The notes below the pieces were generated by a model that saw only the letters and a list, made by a program, of their open reading frames with translations, made no database searches and was not told where the DNA came from. Below, in pieces: positions 13,601 through 32,675 of a DNA stretch of 64,000 nucleotides. Positions within the stretch are counted from its first letter, which is position 1, and every line of letters starts with the position of its first letter. Both the position numbers and the translations under genes were made by a program. The DNA comes from Balanoglossus misakiensis (taxonomy: Eukaryota > Animalia > Hemichordata): contig CM082582.2 in assembly GCA_040954595.2 (NCBI GenBank), forward strand, positions 9,849,483-9,913,482. Direction: 5' to 3'.

Positions 13601-13790
13601 GATGAAAATTGTCCAAAAATGACAAATTCTCGACATTGCGAGTTTTGGTGATTTTTTCATTTTTGTACATTTTTCAAGGGTTATATATAGCTCATGAAAA
13701 TTGTCCAAAAATGACAAATTCTCGACTTTGCGTGTTTTGGTGACTTTGTCATTTTTGGATAATTTTTATGGGTTATAGCTCATGAAAATT
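13600..13790 (+). repeat. Terminal degenerate satellite monomers, forward orientation (~2 units)
   Basis: ATGAAAATTGTCCAAAAATGACAAATTCTCGAC... occurs twice, and the stretch ends in ATGGGTTATAGCTCATGAAAATT at ~13768-13790. Confidence 0.85.
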
Positions 13791-13799
13791 CTTCGGCAA

Positions 13800-14060
13800 C
13801 CGGTGGTCCTTACATCATGTTGCGGACGTCAGAGATGCTAAATCTTTTGCATTACACGCACCATTGGTTCAGAGACCACGTCTTGTGACGTCTATGCCTG
13901 ATTTGAATACCGGGTAATTTGCAGGATTAGCATTCTCAGCTGCATAAAAGGGACTTGTGTCGCCTGGAACTCTGTACACAAGTTTGTTCACTGAAAACTT
14001 TCGCACCAGTGTTGAAGACTCGAGCTCTTTGCGAATATCAGACAGCGCGGGGGAAAAGCG
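13800..14060 (+). promoter_or_regulatory. Putative proximal promoter / 5' UTR of the GH9 gene
   Basis: Only unique sequence between satellite and ATG. TATA-like CATAAAAG at 13943-13950, ATTGG (reverse CCAAT) at ~13863, CRE-like GGACGTCA (~13824) and TGACGTCT (~13887). An unseen upstream non-coding exon cannot be excluded. Confidence 0.45.
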
Positions 14061-19340
<5,280 letters not shown>

Positions 19341-19610
19341 ACTTTGTTGCTACGGTGGCGCACATTTCCTGATATTATGGTCACAACGGCGAGGTGCAAA
19401 GTTGTGGATTCGATTACACTCCATGCATGGAAACAGATATTGTGAAAACAGTTAATTGGTCGTGATGATTTAAACAAAATTAGAATTACATTAATTTGTT
19501 TGGTGTTTTAATAATCGATAGATTTTTTACACTTACGGTAAATAAGCTTACATTTCTTGTAAATGATTAGAATCATGCAATCATCTTATAAAGGGATAAA
19601 AATAACATGC

Positions 19611-19635
19611 AATAAATACCAATTTTCATAATAAA
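19611..19635 (+). terminator. Candidate polyadenylation signals of the GH9 gene
   Basis: AATAAA at 19611 and 19630 in AT-rich sequence ~270-290 nt after the stop codon. Confidence 0.5.
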
Positions 19636-19727
19636 AATATTACAATGACTTGATTTCTAAAACACGCATACGAACATGCCTGCATCCATGCATCGATCCA
19701 TAGTACGTACGTACATACATATACAAA

Positions 19728-20071
19728 CGTCTAGTCTTTTGAAGAGTTTTTCATCAGACTGATGGATTCATACCAATGGAAGTACGAGGATGTAAGGTCA
19801 TGGGGGTCATGGAGATGGTGATCAGCGACTGGCAGGTACAGCTGCCTGGACTGGAACCTGGAATGGACGACGGCGTTTCATGAAGGAATCTCCATATGTC
19901 ACGAGGACAACATCAGCAAGGTTTTGGCAGAAATACTCCAGAGTTCTGTGCTGGGGAGACACAGGTGCATCTACCGACAAACATGTCGGAGGACTTCAGC
20001 ATTTCGGATGTCAAAACTCGCCTTGGTTCAGTTCCTTGAAGTTGACTCGGTTGTATCTGTTCATCAAAACC
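19728..20071 (-). mobile_element. Probable decayed 3' end of a Penelope-like retroelement (GIY-YIG remnant plus broken hammerhead core)
   Basis: Frame-hopping minus-strand peptides GTEPRRVLTSEML / SVDAPVSPQH / FMKRRRP / LYLPVADHHL follow the motif order of PLE GIY-YIG C-termini. They are followed by CAGTCTGATGA-AAAACTCTTC-AAAAGACT (CUGAUGA core with stem II missing). Recognised by eye only. Confidence 0.42.
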
Positions 20072-21794
20072 CTGCAAAATAAAAAAAACAACAGATTCTT
20101 TTTATCAAAGTCATGCGTGTGCATGCTATACTAGAGAAACCGTACATGTACAATGTTTGGTTGGCAGCCATCATGCGTCATAGAAATCGAGCACGCAGAT
20201 TCCTGGAAAGCAAAATCACTCATATCCGCCTCGGGAACAGATTTTCAGAAAAATGACAGTCCTGAAAACCATTCAATTCTTTGCTATTAAAGTGTGTGAG
20301 AAGTATTTTTTAAAATACCAAATACATACCAAATACTTTGGTGCAATATTTTGCGTAAAGTTATACACGTTGACGCTCTAGACGCCGTATATACATTTAG
20401 CCTCAATTTCAAAAGTGATCCACGATACAATGTCTTTCTGTCATTGGAGATGGGCATTGTTTACTAATAATGCGTTTCTGCGAATTGATCTGCATTTGCA
20501 ACTCGCAGTGTGGGCAGACTGAAAGCTCACCTGCTTTGGAGTGACGTCAATGGAAATGATAAGATGGCGCTTGGTAACGGATCGGAGCACGTGATTCACA
20601 CGTGAACAATACGTGACTATTCAGAAGTGAAACGAGGATAATAACCACGCCGCGCCTACTCTAACCAAAGCAGTAATTTTCTTGTGCCTCTTATCTGGGA
20701 TGCACTCGCGCCTTTTCCTCCGTGTCAAAAACTGCCATCTTGTTTGTCGGCGGCAACTTCATTTATTCTCTGTAATTAAATTGTTTCCACTTTGGTATTT
20801 GTTTTCTATGTTAAGACCCCACCCCACTCGACAGATATTCATGAACCAATGTTTTTCACCTTTTTATTAGGCATTTCAAAAAAATAAAATTAACAAGATA
20901 AAGGGAAAAAATAAGGGAAAATAATTATACAGAGTAGAAAAGATTTGGCAAAAAACAGTCAACTTGCGTCTGATAGAGAAGGAAATGAACTTTACATCTG
21001 CATATTTTTATTGATTAAGATTAAGGAATTTGTCCACAAAATCAGGAACCAAGATTTTAATTGTAATAATTGTGTAGTCTGTTTAGAGTATAACGCTAGG
21101 ACCGGTTTAACATTTTTTAATTTAAAAATAATAGTAGGAAATCCATTTTTTATTTCAAAAATGTATACCAGCTAATTTCAAATGACTCATTTTTGATTAA
21201 TTGTTATTTTTCTCAGAGCATCCCTTATTAGATCCTGGTTTGATTGACCTAATTTTGTTAAATATGAATGAATGACCTTTCTGTACAACAAGGCGCTGAT
21301 ATGTGAACATGCATGAATAAATGAAATGGTGCGGGGGCGTTGATGACGTCATCAGACCTGATCCATGTCAACCCGCTATCCACAAACAACACATCGCTGT
21401 TTCTCCATTCAAAGCGAGGTGCTTTGAGAAAGAAAAGGTGGAAAATAATAGCATGTACCATTCTTTTTACAAAAAATAAGCTCGCCCTCGTTCAAGACCA
21501 AATTTACCTGCTCACTCCAGAATTTCTCTTCAGGTACCCAAGTTTCTTGTGTCCTATATTTTGTATGTAATATAATTTGCTGATGTCGGTTAATGGTAGG
21601 TAATTTTCACAGTTATCCGAGGGCGGTGCACTTTCCGTGGACTCGAAGATTTTGAATTTGTTTCGTGTGCAAAGGTAAGAGCCTTGAACTTTGAGTTTAA
21701 GGTCACTTTACTAAGGGCCTGCATTATTGTCACGTTCGCTTCATAGTGGCCATCATTAATGAAAACAATAAATATAAACAATTACAGGAGGAAC

Positions 21795-21873
<79 letters not shown>
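21795..21873. repeat. (CAT)n microsatellite, ~26 units
   Basis: Perfect trinucleotide run. Confidence 0.98.
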
Positions 21874-24800
21874 AATTTTGTCACATACAATTTACAGCAA
21901 CTTGTTTTCATCACAACCTGTAACAATCGTTGATATTTTATTTGAAACCTTTAGAAATCTGTTCGAAACAGGATGCAGTAATGAAAAATGAAACTCATTC
22001 TCCACTTGTTTCATGTTACACATTTTACATTCAATGAACCTTTCTTCTAAATGGCTTGGCAGTCTAGATTTACATAGTTTTCTTCCCTATACGTTCCCGA
22101 GGATATGTTTTTTAAAAGTCAACGAGACTCCATCTTATATGAGTAGGAAATTTCCATTGTTCGAACCCAAAGCTAAAGGTTCTTTAATTGTTGACAGACA
22201 GAATAATGACAGTAGAAAACTTTCCGACCACGGCTTGCATATCACATCACACGGTGTCAAAATAAAGCGCCAAAGGTCTTTGACGTTTCAGTAAGTAAGT
22301 GACGGATTTGCCCAGGTAATGATTTCGGGCGAAAGCGGGCATTGCCCAGACAGACGTCCTTTCTGTTAAATCTACTACACACTCGAAAACAGAGTCAATA
22401 ACGTCGTTATGTTATCTGTTCGATTTGATAACATTCTGTAATCGCGGCATGCAGACGCAAAAAATAGAAGATGGAAAAGGACGAAAACATTCAACGGGCG
22501 ACAGGAAAGTATTCCAATACACAGGTGACACGCAAGGCATGCACGAAATCATCCTTGCTAAGACTTCCATGCAACCCTTCGGAGACGAGTCGAACCGGGT
22601 GTCCATTGTCGGGACTGTCGTCCCTTGATAAGGCTGACGTCATCGGCAACATTTGTACCCCGGGAAACCTTGCAAGTCTCTTGCAAAGATGTGATTTTAT
22701 TTGTTTCGGTGGTATTTGTCGAAGGTATTTTTTTCTAGGTAATGGGAACGTTTCGACAGCCCCGGCGATCCCCCCTCGTTACATCGCGTATCGGTGTCTG
22801 GTGCAACAACAATCCAACACGTTGTCTCCCGTCGTTGACTTTAAAATAACGCCAAACGCAATAGGCCAGTTTAGTCACAGACGACAGGCACCAACCAATC
22901 AGACACCGACTTCTCCCAAAAGTCAATGACTCGAACGCCATTTTGTGACCTGACCTATCTATTGTCGGACTTCCAGGAAACACGTAAGTTATAGGTGACT
23001 TTACTCTATATGTTTTACTTTGGGCTAGGTCTACTAAACCAGACCTCTCTGATTATACAAGCTGTCGCCGTGTTTGGTACCGCTGGGTAACTGTTTTTGT
23101 GTGTTTTCTGTCCAGGGGCTGTGCTGCGCATCCATGCATCAACGTTTGATTCCCATTGCATGTAGTGTAGCGAGTAAAAATTGTTAAAGTAAATTTTTCC
23201 ACTGGTAATCTAGTTGTGAAAGCGAGGTGTTACTCAATTTTACAGACAGTATCGCACGCTAATCGCGTCCAGGAGAATTTTGGCCAACCCGCCAGTTTCT
23301 GCACCAACAAATGTTATGCGTTTGATCAGTGTCAGATCATAGTTATTTCCCACTTTTATCAAACGAATTGCGACCAAATACACGTTTCACTGCATTCCAT
23401 TTCAACGTGTTTCGATCAGGTTTACTTAGCATTCGCACCAGTTGGTCTTGGCTAACTCTTACAAATTGAATCTCTTACATCAAGCGACATTTGGTCGTCT
23501 GTATATAATATGAACGTATAGCAGTGCTTGAAAAGAGTCATTTCGCATTCCAGTATTTGTCATTTTGCATAATATATACATTTCATGTCTCCTGTGTTTT
23601 GATTGATTTTTACAGTCCCTTTCACGCCCAGTAGCTTTGTACAAGCATCTATGTACGTCCATTGGTTGATGCCAAATGTGTGCGCCTTTGTTGTTGGCAA
23701 AGCATACTTCATGCCCAACGCATGCACCAACTAACACCATGAACACCCCCAGTGCGTTCTAACCAACATCCCATGGCATTCACGTGCAATGTGTTTTGAC
23801 TGGGTATATGTATGCCACTCATGCCTCTGGGTTGAGTACAGTCAACATTCAGGTTTTGATTAACCCACCAGCCCAGCCAGGCCATGACAGAGAGGTTTAA
23901 TGGCTAGCAGACGTCATTCGCGACTTGTTGTCAATGTTAACACCGAGATACTTGGGCATACTAGCCGACGAAGCTCGCGTCAAGTCTTAATGAAGATTTT
24001 AAAAAAAATTCCGATCGAGTTCTAGCAGTCGCGGTCCTCGCCTCTGTCTGGAATATTGGTGGTTTTAATCACTTTCTCCCACGGCAACGTGAACAGTACC
24101 CTTATGTCGGAGGCCGCCAATCGGCCTCCGACAATTCCTGGAAACATGTGAAGAGATTAACATCCACATTTTTCTGAGAATCCTTTTATTTTCCAGAAAA
24201 ATTTCCCAGAAGATCCGAATAGGAAAAAAAACATCTTGGCGACCAGATGTTTCTCTCCGTCGCTGGCATGTCTCACCAACCAAACTAATACATCATTGCA
24301 AATACACATGACCATAATCCTTTAATAAGCAAGTCACTTTTTCCCCATGATTCAAATTACAGCAAACGCAAAAAGTGTATACGAGATCAAATCACAGAAT
24401 AGAACTATGGGTAAAACAATTGACCATTCGCTGCTTTGATGGAAGCGATATACTGGTATTACATGAAGCTAAGTAAAAGTTCTGACTTAGTACTGAGTTA
24501 GCATGCGAACCATGAAACGTAGCTGCTATTTCAGGAACACATTTTCAATATGAACAAAACTAATTGAAAGTCTGCACTTCTATATATCTGTTTAATCAGT
24601 AGAAGTCCGCCATTTTGAAATTCTTGTCGGCTACGAGATTTTATATATGTTCATTGACCTAAGCAGCGAATCCCGCTTAAAGGCTGTCGCGCACGAGACA
24701 CATTAGTTGAGCTGATTTCTCTCGCGTGCGACAGTCCCGGGGAATTTTTCTCGCGAGGAAAAAATATCAAACACTTTGCATGTTTTGCTCGACAGCACCA

Positions 24801-25452
24801 AATGAAAAAGACTCGGTTACATAAGTCAAGGTGTGTCACGCTTCTATGACTAATTATATAATCTGCAAATGGAAATAAATTGCGTCCATCCTTATTTGCA
24901 TTAAATAAGGGCGATGCATTACAAGGCTGCCCCATCCTTGACGCTCCGTTTGATTTGAACTGTTGACAGTACGAGAATCCGGGGGGACTGGGGCAAAGCG
25001 TGGGCGATAATAAATACACGTACTCGTCGGGTATCCAGGCCTTCACATCGAATACTCGAACTCCAAAATACCGTGCCAAGGCCGGCCATACCTGGGACAG
25101 CCATTGAATGGCGCGGCGGCACCAATGCACGGCGATAGCTTCAAAGGTGCACATGCGGACGTGATCTCTCCGATTCCTTGTGTAATGCCTGCCCTTGTAT
25201 CGGCATGACCCCTCTCTATATAAGAAAGCACTCGTTCGGGTTTTCTCAACTTACATCTTAGTACAGAGAAGGATGTGGCATCGCTTTACGTTGATGGAGA
25301 GGAGAAACAGAGACACACGCCTATTATGCTGGGAATTTAGGAGTGCCAAAAGTAGGGAATTTTTATTTTGCTATTTCTACTTCCTGCGTCGCTCATCAAA
25401 ATGCGTTTCTTTGTTGGCAATGACCCAACTGCTCCCTCGCCCTCCTTTGCTA

Positions 25453-25978
<526 letters not shown>

Positions 25979-28900
25979 TTCATGAAAATGTTGAAATGAG
26001 GATGACAGTGGCAAGCATGTTAGGAATTGTGTTGTTTTGACAGTCATATTCACTTGTTCTAGTCAAAGCAAAATTCAAACCTTCAAATTGGCCTACTTTT
26101 CCAAATTAATATTTGTGGGCGTATAACAAGGGTTACGCAGACACACAAGACAGGCACATATGTGATTGTAGGCCGCAAATTGATTGCTTTTTAAATTTTG
26201 AATGACCCGTGACGTCACTGGTGTCTGGCCAGGTGAAACAAGCGCCTAGAGTTTGCGTCGCGGAGTCCTCTGGCGCACAGAGCTCGATCTGCGGTTGACA
26301 TGGCGGATGGGGATGCAATATGGAGGTAAGTTGGTGGATGACACTGACGGCCGCCAATAACACACACCCACGAGATAAAACGATGGGGGAAATCTAAGAA
26401 AACGAACCCACGTCTGTTTTTTCCCGTATCCCGTCCGAATTTGTGGGTGTCAGTGTCGAAATTAACGCTCTGTCTTCGTCATTTTTTTACATGCGAAAGT
26501 GTGCGAGAGTTTTAGCCGAACCGGCATCGGTTGTCGTGGAACGTCATTTGAGAGCGGCGTCTATACCCTCAGCCGCCCACTTTCGTTCTCCTCGAATGGC
26601 AGAAGTGTAGCATTTCCAGTGTGTTTTTCGCCGCGGATTTCGCGTGGGTGGGCACTGTGGCACATAAATACGAGGAAATTATTACCAGCCCACATCTATC
26701 GGAATTTCTAGAGCGAGAAATCATCAACCCATTGGCAAAACATCGGCGAACTCTTCTTAAAGCAGCCACCTCGTGCATGCTAAACGAGTAGGTAGGCCAT
26801 TTTTGCTTACTGTGAAAACAATGTCAGATGTAAAAAAAATCGCCATTTTGATTTCCTCCGATGTCAAACCCGGCACGAATTTTCGGCAACGATGCGTGAA
26901 AACTAGATTCTGTACCACTTCTCAGACTGTACTGAACAAAACCGCGTCCAATGATCACCGCCAGTTGCGGCTAATCGGCGATTTTCGCCGTTTTCAGTCT
27001 CGCGAAATTTTGCGGGGAGAGCCGCCATATGCACATCGAATGATGTGACTGGGCTACATAAAACCACCGCACTGAACCGCTATCTGTGAACCCGCGCTCT
27101 TCGTAACACAGAAAAACATGTCTAGCAAACTTGTGTGTAAATTTTGTGTAACAGACTATGTTCGCGCATTTAGTCAGACAAGGTGAGCCGAAATCTTCCT
27201 GGGCGGTTTCGGCCGCGAGAAAAAAAGACACACGGACAAATCAGTTCGTTCCCAGAAAAGTCAAGCAGCTAGTAATTACCTCATTGGGAAGGAAAACATC
27301 TTTCCCAAAATATATTCGCTCCGAATTCTGTAACCTAGCGGGTGCTTCTAGAACCCTATCGGGTGTGGACAAAACACACACAAACAGCTACTGTAATTTA
27401 GTGTCGCGCGGCAATTTTTGACCCCTGATGGTTGTGATTATGTGTCAGTCATTTTTCGCATTCAAAGAAGAACCCGGTTTTTGCCAGAGCAGCGGACAGC
27501 AAAAACCTCTCCTGTGTTTGATATGTGTTGAGTGGGGGAAGGGGGAGGGAGGATACTGAGGCGACATGCCCCCGCCGACTGACGTGAGTAAACGACGGCG
27601 TTCTGAAAGAAAATAACGCTCCCGGTTCCACGATTTCAAAATTCGTTCAAACAGTCGCCACGGCGCTCGCTGGTGTGTGCACAGCGTACTGACGCGTGAA
27701 GCGAGGAAAGACAAAAACAAGACCCTACACCATTTTGGGTATGAACACGGAAAAAATTTACACCAAACTGCCAGTATCAAACATGGAGAAGCTACAGCAT
27801 TCAAGCACGATTAAAATGTGGTCAGCTCTGATGAGTTGTCGTTGAGAAATTCGCCTATGTGATTTATAATTTTAGGACATTTCTTCGGATACACCATGGC
27901 AACATTCAGAGCGACTGACGTTGTCATTTAGCAACATCATCGAGGCTCTGGCTTGAAGAATTCGTCAGTCTAGACTAAATTTAACGCGAACAGGTCATTT
28001 CAACGGTGAGGTTGTTGCAGACAATATTTCATCCTAAATTATGAACTTGGTCGACTTCATCTCCACGAGGTTGCGGGACGAAAGTCCGACCGTTTTTTAT
28101 GTTCAGGACGACGGTTTGGTTACTCATCAGGTAAACGATAAACGGGACAGATGTCAGCAAACGTACAATTGGGATTTCTCAAACGGGTTATAGTTTTGGG
28201 AGAGAGATGGGGGGCTCAACGGCCAGGTCAGAGGATCAATTGACAAACCTGTCTGACCGAACCCACCAGAAGAAACGAGTATCTTTGCAAGGGGGTGTAT
28301 CATTAAATTGAAAACGCGTAAGACCTCCGGATAGTCTGACTAAAAACAATTTTTGTTTTGCCGAAATAGCCGTTGGGTCCCCAGTGACTTTAATTTGATA
28401 ACACTCGTCACAGAGTTGTCATAGAAACTGCAGTACTAGTCTTTGTTTTTTGCAGTGTTTCCTCCGTTTTAGTGTTTTAAACAAATACTAAGTATAAAAA
28501 AGATTTAGTAGAAATGTGTTGTCTTTTGGAGGGAAATTTATCAAGACCACGTAGATTGTGACGTCTAACCCAAACCAGTGTCACTCATATTTTCCTCACT
28601 CGTCAAAAGGAATGAATATCTAAATTCAAGGATAAGAAATGTAGTTGGTACTTTTTTCAGGTTAAATTTTACCCACTGTACTCTCACGTTTGCAGTTATC
28701 ATCTATCTAAAAAGAGAGAGCTTATATGCAAGAATGATGGAGATAGATTGCAACCGCCAAAACGCAACAATATTGCTTTAATTTGAAGAAAACGACAAGA
28801 CCGAACTTCGGTGGCCAACGCACTCCGCGGCATGAAGTGTCACAAAACAAGTTTCAGCAGAGTCAACGCCTCGAGAAATTCGAGATGCATTTTCATTTTT

Positions 28901-31900
28901 TTTTTCCAGCACGCTGTCTTGTCACCGTTTGATGCATTATTATACCCACGTCGAGATTTTTACCTGTCATGATTCGACAGCTTCCCCCCCCCCCACACAC
29001 ACACCGTTAACGGTTGCCGACACTGTCATTGATCAATGCTGTGTCACGTGCGCTATGCTAGGGCCAATCGACCGTGCCACGTTTACCTCTGAGTCAGCTA
29101 ATTCTAAACGCCCGATATAGTAAAAGGAACCCTAATCACAAAGTTTTTTTGGCGGCGCCCGTGTTAAGGGGTGGCAGGGTCGGACAGGGCTCCTTCGGCC
29201 CCTCATCGCTGGTAAAGTTCACAATAATGTCCAAATCAGTATATCACAACAATCGATTGCGAATGCAACCTTTACCCGAGTGTCCACTTTTTTAAAAAAA
29301 GGCTGTCGTCGTTTAACGTGGAGTACTGGTCACGGTTGTTGTCCGTCGCGTATCACACTTAAAAAAATTACACACAGTTTACACGATTCTAAATTCTTCT
29401 TTTTCAGGTTGTAAGCGATAGGTGTCGCGACTCGGCCACCGCGGTTTGCCGGGGCGAGCAAGACTAAGCGGAAGAAGACGGAACGAAGAAGCCGGACTCC
29501 ACGACAAGTCACGAGTGTCGGAGACATGGTGAGAATGCGGCCTGCCTCTCTCGGAAGTGAGTTCGTCGCCGGCGTCGCAGAAATCTGTTACTAAAGCGAA
29601 GAATCGGGCAAGGTAAGGGGAAAAGGACAGTTTACTTTCGAAACTTCATCTTTTGAAGTCCCCACATAGTTCCCTTCCTGGGCAGAGGACGTGTATTGGC
29701 ATACCCAAGGACAACAGAGGGCCCGTGAAAGTCTTGACGTCTGGCGCAGATGTAATGAAAAAAATCGTGGGACATTTGAAAGTTCAATTCATTTGGTTGA
29801 AACTACTCATTTTTTTAACTGTGGTCAAGATATGCTATCAGTTTTACATATTAATTAATGCCTATAGTATTTTTATCAATTTATTTGGTGTTTGAATGAT
29901 TTGAAATAAGATGGTAAGGCTTGGTGCCCCCTCGCCCAGACGGAGCTCAATAAAAGTACTGCATTTATACAAAATTATTTGTTATGACCTATGAGCTCAG
30001 AAGGAAAATCACATGGGAGTGGAATCTACATCAGAATTCTGAAAAGTTCCATCCGAAAAACGATTCTACTGAAAAACGTCTTATCAAGGTGTAATGTAAT
30101 TCACTCGGTTATCTTAGTGTAAGACCAGGACAACTACACTGGTTACGATGGGTTAATACCTGCTCGGCTAGGACTATGTCGCTCGGTCGGCCAGACGATT
30201 TCCAGCTGGGTGAACTATCGCGCCCGGTCCAGACCCATTCGAAACCGCGTGCCAAATCTACGACATGCCAGAGTTTTGATGTGTCAGATCGAGAAATCAG
30301 AGACGTTCAGGTGAAATTGTCAGTGAAGCTATATCACCAAATCGCGATTTTTGAATATTGTGAATTTGGGGGAAAAATCAACAAAACCAGGCCATAATCC
30401 CGGTAAATCGCTTCCGAGGCGAGGTTTAATTTGTTTATTTAACGAGCGACGTATTTTGGTCTGTTCTATGAGTGACACAGTCCCGAACAGGCCACAAATC
30501 ATGCGGAGCGATCTCGCCTTGTCACGTCGACTCGTCGGCGAAGCTTACTTGCGGCTTTGACCGAGATTTCTGTCAAAATATGGGTTATTTATTTTAGATT
30601 TGCCACAAACTGCGTCCATTTAATTGAATTAAACCCCGTTTAGCATACGAATATAAAAAATTTAAGCCTGCGCCAATAATTAGTCCAATAATATATTTTA
30701 GTTCCAAGACCACTTGAACTGAAACACGCGCCATTTCCGCTACTGTACTAAGAAAGATTCTTGCAGAGATTTACTGCCGCTGCCATCGATAATTCCCAAA
30801 AATCCTTATTCCTATATCATCCAAAATCATTTTTGACCATGAAATGCATATCCATTGCAAATTTACACCCAGCTCTAAAATTGCATTGAATCCCGATCTA
30901 TGTTGCGACAGATTAGCGAAATCGCACGTAATTGGCCTTCTAGTGAGATGGCGGCGTGTCCGAACTTCGCGGCGGGTTTTTGTGTTTCCGTCGTGGAGTT
31001 TTTTCTTTCTCGATTCTTCGTTTTACGTTCGCAGAGAAAGAAGAAAAACAGTTCAGTTACGGAAAACCAGCAATGCTACTTACTGTTGATGGTTTTATTG
31101 GCAAGCTGGCAGCATTGGTCTACATCAAATGCATTTTTTTCAATTATCAAGCACAAAGATTGGGGTACCGATCATTCTTTTTTTTTCCTTTTCACTTATC
31201 TCTTATTGTAAGCCCGTTGGCAAGGCGAATCGATCGGTCGAACAAAATTAAAGAAAGGTCCCCGAAAGAGAAATATTTTGTAATCAAAGTAAACCGTTTA
31301 ACTTTGCAGTATAAATAAAACGCATGAAATCACCAATGAATTACATGTAAACATTTAAAAAGTTAAGTCATGCTCAAGTCGACCCCACTTCGAATCAACT
31401 GCAGCATCAATGTAATATTGGTTTGAATTGCGGCATCATGGTTGTGTCAAATTTGATCAAAGAGAAATAAATTTGCCTTGGAAATTACGTTAGTTTTGTC
31501 TTCTCCGTGTCGGAGCCAAGCATGATGAGGGCCGGTCGCAGTATGAGAAACCAAACAGCTTAAAATGACGCCCTTATACGGGCATTAGGACAGTCAAGGA
31601 AATCATCCGTCATTGTCCAAGTTTCGGCGTCTAATTCTCAAGCCTGGATTAAGGTACTCCACTTACACGTAAATATTTTACTACAGCGATTTTTTTTCGC
31701 GCCGAAGCCATGGGTTTTTGGAACACCGCCGTTCACCACAGCGCATTCACCTGTGCCGGTCGGTCGGATGAGCAGCACGGGATTGAAGTAGGTCGCTGAC
31801 TTAAAATTACAGGCTGTTTCTTCTCGTTAATTTTGAGATAACTACGAAATGCAATTTTCCGACTTTCTGGAAATCTAGTAAGTTCGTTCGAATTTGACAG

Positions 31901-32558
31901 AAAATGTCGTTTATCCCCAGACCCGTTATCAGCGCCTTTTGTAATGGTTCGGTTTTGTGTCGGTTCGTATCTCTATATTGTGTTTTGGGTGACATTAAGG
32001 CTAGTTGTCGTACTCCCATTCTTTTTCATTCTAAAAAACGGCTAAACATTAGTACCGCGTCGTCTAAAGCTATCATTCTATGCTTACTATAGACTTCGTT
32101 TCTTTCGTGTGGTGCTCGCCGGTCGAACGACACCGAGCAAACACCGAACAGTAGCTTGGCCGACAGGTTCGGACGGGCGAATGTCTTCTTGTCTTAACGT
32201 CTTAACTGTTGTTGCGTTTGAAATGGTCTCTCGACGTCGTAAAGTTTACCTACCAAAACTTTCTGGCTCAGAAAAAAAATGAATAGCAAAAAAAGACAAT
32301 TGACAACGGCATGCGACTCGCTTCTTAATAACCACGATTGGTTTTGTCGAAATGGTTAGACTGACTTTGATTCGGGCAAATTTTCACGATGATAACGTAA
32401 GTACGAAACTCTATTTTTTCCACGACCGAAGTTAACCTATCAAAATTTAGTACCTAACTTATTCCAGTGAAGAAAACATCTAGAATCGTAAGAACCTTTG
32501 CATTAGTTACAGAAGTTTCCAACATATGTTACGTCAGGGTAATTTCCTGTGTGCGGGA

Positions 32559-32675
32559 ATTCATTCATTCATTCATTCATTCATTCATTCATTCATTCAT
32601 TCATTCATTCATTCATTCATTCATTCATTCATTCATTCATTCATTCATTCATTCATTCATTCATTCATTCATTCA
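32559..32675. repeat. (ATTC)n microsatellite, ~29 units
   Basis: Perfect tetranucleotide run. Confidence 0.98.

Noticed and set aside
1-13790. CRISPR array
   Set aside because: Head-to-tail monomers with no unique spacers, no cas genes, and a eukaryotic context.
19740-20071. Selenoprotein last exon with SECIS on the minus strand (in-frame TGAs, ATGA...AAA)
   Set aside because: No proper SECIS stem with the GA quartet and no Sec-motif context. A decayed retroelement explains it better.
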